Below are positions 53,478 through 64,000 of a DNA stretch of 64,000 nt, piece by piece. The translations under genes were made by a program, and so were the position numbers. Location: contig CDPCPM010000012.1 in the NCBI GenBank assembly GCA_976551045.1, forward strand, positions 7,068,001-7,132,000, read 5' to 3'. Position 1 is the stretch's first letter. The number at the start of each line of letters is the position of its first letter. The DNA comes from Glaucostegus cemiculus. Taxonomy: Eukaryota. The notes under the pieces are model-generated. The model had not been told where the DNA came from. It saw nothing but the letters and a program-made list of their open reading frames with translations, and ran no database searches.

Positions 53478-54770
53478 GAGATGTCCAGCTTCTTTTCTAG
53501 CCAGGGCTTCCACCCCAACCCCCCCACCCCCAAATGTGGTTGAGAGAGCTTGCACCCACATCTCTACCATTTCCCGCACCTCAGCTCTCACCCCCACTCT
53601 TCCCAGACCCAACAGGAGTAGGGTCCCCCTTGTCCCCACATTTCATCCCACCAGCCTACATATCCAACACATCATTCTCCACCATCTCCAACGGGACCCC
53701 ACCACCAAGCATATCTTCCCCTCCCCACCCCTTTCTGCCTTTTGCAGGGACTGCTCTCTCCGCGGCTCCCTTGTTCACTCCTCCCCCCCCAACCCATCGC
53801 ACTCCCAACCCCGGGAACTTTCCACTGCCCCCACCATAGGTGCAACACCTGCCCCTACATCACCTCCATCCAGGGACCCAAACAATCCTTGTAGGTGAGA
53901 CAGAGATTCACCTGCACCTCCTTTAATATCATCCACTGAATTCGGTGCTCTAAGTGTGGCCTCCTCTACACTAGTGAAACCAAATGCAGACTAGGTGACC
54001 CTTTCGCAGAACACCTGCACTCTGTCTGTAATCATGACCTGCATTTTCCCGTTGCCAGTCACTTCAACTCCCCCTCCCACACTATCACTGATACGACAGT
54101 CCTCAGTCTCCTCCACTGTCAGGAGAATTCCAAACACAAACTGGAGGAACAGCAGCTCATTTTCCTTCTTGGAACCTTAGAGCCTAATTTTTTTTTTAAT
54201 TTTTAAAAAACTTTTTAATTTTTTTTATTTACAGCGTGGTAACAGGCCCTTTTGGCCCAACGAATCCGCGCTGCCTATTTTAAACCCCAAAATTAACCTA
54301 CCCATACGTCTTTTAGAATGTTGGAGGAAACCAGAGCACCCGGAGGAAACCCACGCAGACACAAGAGAATGTACAAGCTCCTTACAGTCAGCAACAGGAA
54401 TCGAACCCCGATCGCTGGCACTGTAACAGCGTTGCAGTAACCACTACACTATCGTGCCACCTAATGGCATGAATATTGAATTCTTCCACTTAGGTAATCC
54501 ACCCCCCCACCACCATGTTTCTTCTTTTCTTCCCTTTCCTAGCCTCCTTTTTTTTCCCCTCTCTTCATACCTCTCACCAGTGGATCTGCTCTCTCCACCT
54601 CCCCTACACCTGCCCATCACTGCTCTGCCTTCCCCTCCTATATATCGAGCTTCCCCTTTTCCTATCTTCAGGAAGATAGGAAAAGGGTTGACTGCCTGCT
54701 TTTCTCCACAGATGCTGCCTGGTCTGCTGAGTCCCTCCAGCATCATCGTATTTATCTCCAGTTTCAAGTC
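53478..54770 (+). mobile_element. Penelope-like element 3' part with a GIY-YIG endonuclease remnant, interrupted by a SINE
   Basis: Frame from ~53895 reads FTCTSFNIIH*IRCSKCGLLYTSETKCRLGDPFAEHLHSV...PVASHFNSPSH...KLEEQQLIFLLGTLEPN, resuming GMNIEF after the SINE; pyrimidine-rich 3' region and 'cagatgctgcctggtctgctgagt' end. Confidence 0.92.
54189..54459 (-). mobile_element. V-SINE (same subfamily as 51341) nested in the Penelope element, 6-bp TSD cctaat
   Basis: cctaat at 54183-54188 and 54460-54465; the Penelope reading frame is restored when the insert and one TSD copy are removed. Confidence 0.92.
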
Positions 54771-54949
54771 TGTTCCAAATATATCCCTTCCAACATAGTA
54801 AACCCACACAATAACCAGTGGAAGTTCTGGGTGTAAAAATGCCAATTTTTTTTTCCAAAATGACCATGCATTGGTCAGTTTTAACAACACTGCTGTGGAC
54901 TGGTGCAGCTACAGTGGGTAGACACTGAAGACAAGATCAATCTGACTTA

Positions 54950-55300
54950 ATTCTCTTGTTTGTTCTCTCCCTTGTGCCAGAGTGTGGCAGCTACGTCTTT
55001 CAGGACTGGTGCAGATTAGTGAATGGCAGCGCTACCAAGTTATTTTTAGTGACAGACAATGAGAATTCTCCCTCATTCTCTGCCCTTGCTCCTTTCAGTA
55101 GTGCTCCAAACCAGTACTCAGTGTGGAGGAATACCCAATCATCAATTGAAGGGGATTGGCAGGCACTTCCTTGTCTGCCTCTGACCTGATGCCATGAAAT
55201 TCATGGGGTCTTGATTCAATGCTCTCCTGGCTGTATACCACTGTGCAGCCATCTCTGGTGGGCTGTCCTGCTGGTAAGACAGGACTCATCCATTGATTCT
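54950..55300 (-). mobile_element. Decayed apurinic-endonuclease (APE) domain fragment of a non-LTR retrotransposon
   Basis: Minus ORF PTRDGCTVVYSQE...SRPHE matches recalled 'DRPTRGGGTVVYSREG...SGPHEVSW' of chondrichthyan LINE endonucleases. Confidence 0.7.
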
Positions 55301-55480
55301 GATGGATGAGCCTGGGAAGTGCCTTTAGTTCCATGCAGAACTGGTGTCTGGAAAGCAGCTAATTCTGGTCGATATTAACTTTGGTGTTAAAAGTCACACC
55401 TTTGTGTAACTTATCATGCACCTTAATTGGCAGCAATTATACTGTACAATCAGGGTTAGAATTTTAGCAAATTGTGAACT

Positions 55481-55519
55481 GTGGAAAAAGCAAGAACAGT
55501 GGAAAAAGCAAGAACAGTG
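55481..55519 (+). repeat. 18-bp tandem duplication (gtggaaaaagcaagaaca x2)
   Basis: Directly visible, immediately 5' of a SINE head. Confidence 0.9.
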
Positions 55520-55872
55520 CACAGTGGCCCAGCTGGAAGACCTGCTCCCTTACAACTCCAGCAATCCAGGTTCAATCATAACCTCTACTGCTGGCTGTGT
55601 GGAGTTTGCATGTTCTCCTTGTAACCATATGACTTTTGTCTGGATGCTCCAGTTTCCTCCCATGTCCCATAGATGTGTGATTTGCTAGGTTAATTTGCCA
55701 CTGTGAATTGCCCCTAGTGTGTAGGAGAGTTGTAGGATCTGTGGGAAGTTAATCGGAATGTGGACAGAATAAAAGTAAAGGCATTGGTGTCGGATTGGTG
55801 TAAATGTGCATGATGGCCGATGTGGACTCGTTAAACAGAAAGACCTGTTCCTGTGCTATGTGGTTCTATGAC
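55519..55872 (+). mobile_element. Older HE1/V-SINE, near full length
   Basis: Head 'gcacagtggcccagc...ccaggttcaatc', V core 'tgtgtggagtttgcatgttctcc...ggatgctccagtttcctccca', CR1-like tail 'cctgttcctgtgctatgtggttctatgactc'. Confidence 0.88.
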
Positions 55873-58800
55873 TCGACAACTAACAACACTTCCTCCAGAT
55901 TTTGTTCTTTTATGTACTTTTAGGAAGAAAAAGGTAAATTCTTTGTGGTTTTCATATATATTATTTTGGAGCATTGCAGTCCCTATTATCACTACACAAG
56001 CTAGGCATAGGATTGATATATTGCAAGTGATGGTGACATTTCACCTTCCTCAAAAATTGGATATTTGAATTTGTTGCATGGTTTGCATTTATCTTCTGCT
56101 TCCTTTGTTATAATCTGTTTTATTATAGTAATGTAAAACTTTCAAAAATAGCACCAAATTAGCCATTGTAAATTATCACTAATTGCTAAAATTCAGGGCA
56201 TATCAAAATATGAAAATACAGGTTAGAACTTCAAGTAAGAAGATCAGTCTTTCAGTGATTTAAGATGAAAGTTACTTTAAAAAGTCCCATTCAGAAGCCA
56301 CATTTTCTTTGTACTGAAGTTTTAACTTCAGACACAAATTTCTGGGTAAATTGAATAATTTATAACATTCATATATATTTTTATATCATAAAATTCCAAT
56401 TGAAAGAAAAGAGTACAAACTTTTACACAATTTCATTAGGATAACAAACTTAGAATTTTTGTTTGTAGAACTTTCATTCCATATGTTGGCCTTCTTTTGA
56501 GAGATTTGAATGAAAGTGATACACAGCTGTAACGATGATTACTACTCTATTACATTCCCACACAAATCACATGGAAATTTTTTACAAAATTCTGTGTTTT
56601 TGAGCATATTGATCTCTCCCGATTTGATCAAAAACTGAAACATCTCCCTTTGTGTACTGAAACAGGAAAGAAAGTGCTTATACTGCAGAATTTAAAGATA
56701 AATCTCATACCTAATTAGTACCTCTTACATGCTAGTTAGCATAAAAGGAAGTGGTTTGCATTTCTCAAAATTTTTTGAAGTTGAGAGATGGAGTTTTTTT
56801 TTCCAGAAACCCTTAATTGCGTTTTACATTTTGGTGATGGCTTGTGACCATGGATTTTCAGCTTCAAAATAAAGCTCTCTGACACATCCGCAAAGGCTAT
56901 GGTTTCTGAAAAAGAGAACACACACCTGCCATTGCTGGAACTGGACTATTCAAGTGAAACAACTGAAGGGAGGAAGGTGAACCAATTGTAATGTTGTGTA
57001 AATAAGACAAATGAGGTCTGCGTGAAGCTCATAATCGACTGCATAAATCTTTTCTTTTTACAGGGTGTCTGCCTTGCCTCATTATAATACTCCTCTTCAT
57101 TACTGTTTATGTCTAGCCCTCTTTGCCAGGCTTGGGCACTCTACGTATACCAGAGGATAATATGTGATGTCTCTCCTTTCCTTGCAATTACCTGACCCAG
57201 TCACTTCTGAATGAAGACTGCTGTATCCCTTGATACAGTCTGTGAATGTAATCATGGTTCGTATGACAACAAGTGAGGTACCTCACAATCTAACCCCTTG
57301 AGAATGCCTTTTCTGAGTTTTCACCAGAATGGCTGTTCCTACTGTGTTAAGGAATGGTGCAGCGGCAGGTCCCAGAGACATACATATGCACTCTAGGGAA
57401 TGGATGGATTTATCTATTATCAGAAACACAGTAAATAGGACACAATTGTACATTTATTATTTATCCCTTTATACTTCCCAACAGAGAAGACAAGAGTCCC
57501 TTGACAATGAGTGCTCTCTTCAGAAAGCACTGGGTAGGCTAAAGGATACGACAAAACTGACAGTAAGTAAGCACCAGCTGCAGTGAATATTTTACACAAA
57601 AGTTAGCATTTGTGTTTTACTGAGTCTTATTTCTCTGTGTAATATGGTTTTTTGAAAAAAGAAAGGCTAATGGGGTAGTTAACAGTTCAAAGTGCAGGTT
57701 TTTCTACCCAGAAATGTCAAATGTTTTGATTGTATATGTGGATATAGCAGATGTATTCAATACATGGGCTTTTCTTGCCCTTGGGCAGTGACAATATGTC
57801 CATTCTACTGTATGCAATTACAGAATCAATAAAACATCCCTTTGAAAGGCATTGGACTAGTGCCGACATGCAGGCTGTAGTCATACTGATATTTCAATGC
57901 TACTGTTATTACCAGCGTCAAACATATTTTGTAACAAATATCAAAATATAGTTCCACCCTGAGATCAAACCACAAAACCATGTTTGTTCACTGAAGGAAC
58001 ATAACTATGAAGTAAACAACCTGCTGAACATGGTTTAGGGGAAATCATTTTTTCCTTAAGGCAAGCTTTACAACTGAGTTTTAAACTGATTCTTCTAGTA
58101 AGTAAAATTAATGTCCTGAACCAAACCTTAAAGACAATGTCTGTTTTGAAAGACTAAGGCTCTATTCTGCCATCTTAAATTTTAAAATTAATGTAGCACT
58201 TATGTAAATAAAGTGGTTATATTCTAATCACATAGACATTACCATATTAATGTATTGCTAAAACAGAATTCTGAGTGACAACCAACCATACATTACAAAC
58301 TCTGCTAATTTTAAAGGACATAAAACCTCTTACACAGGTACAACTCATACTAATACTTATATTTTCAAAGTTTATTTAGACAAAATCAAGAGAATTAATT
58401 CTGTATACTTAATTGTTCATCTTAGTTTAGATTTCAGTTTATACTTTCAAAAACAAATATTCAGATTACTGATCAAAAAAGGCTGAAGCAGTGTACCTTG
58501 CTACATGCACTTCCACTGAAATTAACAGGACCTGGCAAACTATTTAAATTTGTTTTTACCAGGTACTAAGGGTGCAGTTTGCAAATCTCCAAAAACAATA
58601 ACAGCATGTAAAAACAGGTCGATCAAGTTTGTCGTCTTGCTCATAGGACTTACAGTTAAGGTTCTTTATTTGCCAACAATGAATTATAACTTGCTTTAAA
58701 TCAATATTCCAAATATTTCAATTCAAAAGGCTTTTCTCCCCAATGCTAGAAACTTATTCAGCCACATGAAAATTGTTCTCTTTACGACTGAAATATCTTT

Positions 58801-59949
58801 GATGCTCAAGCTGCTGGGAAAGGAGCAAATACCCATTTTCACAATACATCTCATCCTAATAAAATATATTTAAGATAAAACATATGCATTTCTATGACAA
58901 TTCATTACAATATTTTGACTTTTTTTAGATTTTGTATTGTGAGTTCTTAGATTACACATTTAAATTTCCAAATTGCACTGATGTCCACACTGTAAATACC
59001 AGCCAATGATTGAAGAATGAGCCAGCTAATTTTCTTTTTTACCTGAAAATAGTAACCTGGTTAAAAACCTTCAATTTTTTTGCTAATACCAAAAGAGTAA
59101 ATGTTTGCTTGCTGTTTGACCAGTAAAAATTCAAAGCTGCCCCTATTTCAATGAACTCATGCACTTTTAACCTGGCATTACCGGATAGTCATCGGCAATG
59201 ATTGAACTAATTCACTCATCTCCTAAACCTGCAAGAACCAAATATAACACTGACATCCCAACTAAAAGCAGCTACTTTTGCACAGGGTGGAAGTTATTTC
59301 TTGATATTTACTAGTATATCTTGCACATTAGCAGGTCAGAATTCACCTGCACATTACAGTACATTTGCTACTTGATCATTAGTGCAGCTCAGTAAAGAAA
59401 AAGCTGTTCAAAATCTCAAATAACCAATTGATGAATTAATAGAAAAGCAATAGCTTGGAAAAGATGAAAGCTTAAAAATTCATCCCAACTGGTGGCATTA
59501 AATACCCCCCCTTCGAAAATTTACTTATCCCCAGCTCACCCTTGGTAAATATGCATAGCCTTACAAATCTGTCCCCACAAAGCCTTCAGAGATGTCCTGC
59601 AAAACCCAAGGGGGAAGACTGACACAGTTAAGAAACCTCTGAAATAGATTATGGACAAGCAATTGTTCATTTCTAAGCAAGCAACTGAATTAAATCTTTC
59701 ATCAACACTATAAGGAATACTTTATGCACCAGAAGCTTATGCAGAGTTAGGAGCCTCCACAGGACTGTAGATCTATTCATATTAAGAGGTAGAAAATCTC
59801 AGTGACATCCATACCTATATCCCCATTGTTGCATGATTTGCACTAAATGCTCCTCACTGCAATTGCAAATCAACCCTTACATGTAACCAACAGAGACAAA
59901 TTATTGTCTGCCTCCAAAAAAAACGCGCCACACAAGCTCCTTTGGTAGA

Positions 59950-60130
59950 TCAATGGGTTTATGCTATAAACTGCTTAGCTCTACGGATCAAGAAGATCCA
60001 GGTTTTATATGTAGTCTGCACTACACAAGTCGATTTTAGCCAATTCACAGGTGGAAGTGGTACTTCAGTCTCAATAATTTGGGGGTAAGGAAAGGAAAAA
60101 AACTAATTCTGTTTTGCGTAATCCATACAC
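59950..60130 (+). mobile_element. Ancient tRNA-derived SINE remnant
   Basis: 'gaagatccaggtttta...gtctgcac...agtcgattttagcc' is a weak match to the 48010 copy. Confidence 0.35.
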
Positions 60131-63100
60131 CTGCAAAAAAGTGTGCCAACACTCAAAATCAGAGCTAAGAAAGATGATCATCCAAGCAATGTACTCTGTA
60201 TTAGAGACATTGTGGAAAAATATACCACCAAAGGGTCAAGTTCTTTGAAAGGAGAAGCGAAAGTAGTAGTTTTGTGATTTAAACCATGCCCTTCTGCAAA
60301 CAACTGGCACAAGAATCTACATCAGCAATGATAATAATCTTTAGGTTCATGCCACTGGATTTTATTGTATTTACCACAGGTATCTGATGGAAAACTCAGG
60401 TTCATCAGAAACAGTTACAAATTTAATTTAAGACAGTCTAGATACTAATAATATTAGGCTAAGATGGCTAGAGAATAAAAACAAGTCAGACTTAAAAATG
60501 AATATGTTTTAAATAGCACAATTAGCTTGTTTAAAAAATGTAAAGGATATATTTTCACAAAAATGCTTACCAGGTGCACTTAATCCCACAATGAAAGTTA
60601 TCTAATCACAAGGAAAAATATGTTTCTGGTTTCTTCAGAAACCGAGAGTAAACAGGTTCTGATACTTTACCAGATGACAAACTGGTATACTAAATGTAAA
60701 AACACTTTTCAAAAAAAGGGGCAATAAGTTTTCACATTGATAAAGCGCAAGCGTTACCAAGTAACAACGCAAAATATTGCAATTAAAACAAAATTATTTT
60801 CCTTCTAAGCAGTATAGATCCTATGGTTCTTTTTGGATCCAGTCCAAGAACAAACCCTACAACAAGTCCAGGCCAAATAAGATGATTAATTAATTATCTA
60901 TGTTTTCTTAAGAATATCAAAACCATTCTATTCTTTGACATGCAGCTGTTAAGCTTTTTTTTAAATCAGTCAATGACCATTTCTGAAATTACCCAATTTG
61001 AATTTTAAACTTTCTACAACTGTTAATAATAGTCAACAGCAAAAGTAAGTTGCTCACTTCCCACTTTCAACGCCCAAACAATATTTTTGGCACATTTCAC
61101 TCCTGAATCTGACGCTGCCTTGATCCTGCCCTTCCAACCCTATAAAGGAACTTCCTATGATGTTGCATTACAAGTGTATTCCAAGCAGACACATATTACA
61201 CAATACTTTCTCCTGAAAGGCTATGGCCTTAGCAATCAAGTTGCTTTTTTTTAAAAAAGAAAATGATCAAACCAGGGGGTGGGGACAGCATATCCTGCGT
61301 GAAACCGCATCCTGCACAGCATCACCACGATTCACTGTAAATAAATACTCTTGTAGCAGAGCTTCCGTCAACTGTCACTGCATTGACTGTAATCACCTTC
61401 AAGTCCAAACAGGAAAGTACAGAAAAGCAAGTGAGATGGGAGATACGGGGTTTAATTTGCTTTTCACTGCAGATTTCATTGGTGGTGTGTTTCCGATTCT
61501 CTTAGCTGCCAGCTGCCTGGAATCACTTCTGGATCTGGGTCCTTCCTGTTAACCTTCATAACTTCTCTGTCATAACAGTATTATTATGGGTGAGCCCAGG
61601 AAAGTGTGCTCCTATCCAAATGTGGACTCGCCCCTTTATTGTTCTCAGTTGCCAAAAAGAAAAATCTGCTGAATGCTTTACCATAAGAAACTCTTCATGT
61701 CCAAAACTTTTATAATACTGCAAACATTAACTCTCCACTGACACTCTAGACCTGTTCAATTCTGCAATTCAATCAAAACACAATCTGAAAATCCTCTTGT
61801 CATCCAGCTCTGCATTCATATGCTCAAGCCTTGTCTAAGGATAACTGCATACAATCTTTCCCCCGAGCGGTGCTTATATTGTTTTATTACAGCTCAATGA
61901 GTGTAGTTAAAATTGCATGCAGCTGCTGACTACTGCGGTCTATCTATGTTATGCATGGACACAAGTATTGCCCACCGGGCTTAAAAAATCATTCAGTTAC
62001 TGGCCTGACAAAAGATTATGTAGAGCTCTTTGGAAGGAAGAACATCTTGTATACTACAGCAGGAACGGGTGATGTTAATGGATCAGCTCCTTTATAAAAG
62101 GATTGTGAAAGTCCTATCAAATGTCACTTGAGAATGCTAAATGTTAAACATGTGGCCATACCACATAAATGCAAAAATAAACCTTAAGACCTATGCAGTC
62201 TAAGGAAGCTTTAGAGAAGGAGATGATGAGGTATATTAAGATTCAGAAAAAGTCCTTGACAGACACTGCTTTCAGCTACAAATAATATGAAGTTTTAAAA
62301 TGGAAAAGGAGACTCTAAATGTATTTCTCTCTGACAAATATAGGAGATAGGTTTACTTTTGAAGTGATTATACCAAATATATATATTCAATCAAATAAAG
62401 GCACCAACACTTTTATAAATACCAAAGATAGATCTTCCTTAGCCCACCCCTCAACCAACCCCCTAACTCACCACCACCTACCATTCCTACCACTACACTT
62501 CCACACAAAGTATTGCTTACAGTTTAAATATACAAAAAATGCTTTTTTGTTATATTATTTCTTGAAATAAAATTAATTTGCAACCAATAAATGCAGAAGA
62601 GGCAGAATACACCTAAACAAGTACAATAAAATGTGTGTGTGTCATTTCCTATTCTGTTTTGTGGATTAGGTATGATGCGTTTTATTTCGTTTTATGCCAA
62701 TTCTACAAATTATATATAACATAAAGAAACCCAGTTAAATTTATCCACATCTCCTTGACAAAATGCAAGAAAAGTTATCAATGAATTTTTGCTTAAAAAA
62801 TGAGGAATTATACTTCTAAATGGCAACTTTGCTCATCTAAATATTACTTAATTTAAAAATAAAATATTATCAATGCTTTCAAAACCGCTGGATTATTTGA
62901 AAGGGAACACTGTAAACATGCCTTGACTTGGATTTCAGCTCGGAATTGTAAGACGGTTTTACAGTTTTAACTCCACACAATATAACAGACACAATAATAT
63001 TTTCCATGTGTGAAAGCTTTCATTATAGCGGGATTCCAATTATACAGTATATCGGTAATGTTCTCCATGCTGTGTCGCACCAGTATACTATGCCACCTAT

Positions 63101-64000
63101 TCTATCAGCATTCACATTCTGCTGTTTAACTCAACCCAGTTAAGAACATGAGCTGCAAGTGGTCGTCAGCAATTGATCTTTCTGCTCATTCCACAATTCC
63201 CACCACAAATTACCTATGTATAATTATTTTGACACCATAATGAAAAGGAAATGAGATTTGGTCACTGAAGGTTTATCTAATAATACTATTCCTTGCTAGA
63301 CTTCATAAGACTGACAATCAAAAAGCCTTGCCCGTTTCAGCACAAAAACATTTGATAATTTTTTTTAGAAGAAACATTATTTATTTCCACAGAGTTGCCA
63401 TTATCAGGAGGCAATGATAGCTGAATAATGAAAACGAAATCAAGGAATTTTGGTATTTCAAAGCTTTAATTTTTCCTGCTCTCACTTATGACATTTTCTT
63501 CCCCTGGAGAGACAAGATAAAGTGCTGTCATAAATGGGTGAATCTCTTGTCAAATGACAGACTTGATTCACCATGGCAACCACAAATCAAGGTGCTAGTG
63601 TGAATTAAAGCTTTGCTTAAAAGGCTTTTTGTATTTAAAAATGAATTTCAATCAAACAGATATTGGGTTAAGGCTTACCTTCTTTGTAGTTGTTGACTAA
63701 AAAAACTGCTTTGCTGTTGGTCAGTATTTGTACATTTAGATTGTAGATAACTGTGACAACTGAACCATTAGATATACAGGTAGACTATTTGTAATTTGGT
63801 TATACATGAGCTGTAATGAATATGGATGATCAGCACTTTTAGCATAATAAATTTCAGTTCCTCAAAAGGTATGGATTTTTTTTTCCAGATTTACAGATAT
63901 TTCATTTTTAACAGGTTCATTTGTATAAAAGTTTAATGTTCTTACATTTGATTCATAATGCATTCTTCATAAAAATAAGCTAGCTTAACTAAAAATGTTT

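Noticed and set aside
53403-54890. Several 100-148-aa ORFs as host genes
   Set aside because: All lie within the Penelope-like element or its pyrimidine-rich tail.
63020-63145. Minus-strand NVNADRIGGIVYW resembling an alpha/beta-hydrolase nucleophile region
   Set aside because: Bounded by stops and lacks the G-x-S/C-x-G motif; compatible with chance.
426-63240. Apparent similarity of many short ORFs (e.g. 4573 SFVTSLL..TTYTRLKE, 2592, 17566, 20428, 21895, 52783) to bornavirus nucleoprotein, suggesting a cluster of endogenous viral elements
   Set aside because: Hand-scored BLOSUM62 alignments against the recalled N sequence reached only ~20-34 raw, about what chance gives for a 70-aa versus 370-aa comparison. 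Negative controls (a CR1-derived ORF and a non-biological complement reading) aligned equally well by eye. A tblastn or HMM search with significant E-values would be needed to revive the idea.
1-64000. CRISPR-like arrays, rRNA or genuine tRNA genes, prokaryotic operons
   Set aside because: No regularly spaced repeat-spacer array seen; tRNA-like boxes occur only as SINE heads; the DNA is vertebrate non-coding sequence.

Overview
AT-rich, CpG-poor vertebrate non-coding DNA (large intron or intergenic). The repeat content (V-SINE/HE1-type SINEs, CR1, L2, Rex1/Babar, Penelope-like and Deu-domain SINE remnants) points to a cartilaginous fish, probably a batoid; this is inferred from repeat families only. 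No host protein-coding exon can be assigned confidently; most listed ORFs are chance or off-frame readings of retroelements. There is one 156-N gap (23870-24025). The best-supported unusual signal is a 65-bp insertion at 41711-41775 built from three reverse-complement pieces of a template about 1 kb downstream (42668-42762), joined at microhomologies. It creates a perfect 53-bp inverted repeat that brackets a candidate 44-nt exon and a TSD-flanked Penelope remnant. Also noted: a diverged ~1-kb-period local duplication with a conserved hairpin, a decayed Vingi-like LINE, SINE tail switching, and several short CpG-undepleted or coding-like patches of unknown origin. I found no convincing novel multi-gene system. 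Repeat boundaries are approximate and family names come from recalled consensus motifs, not a database search.
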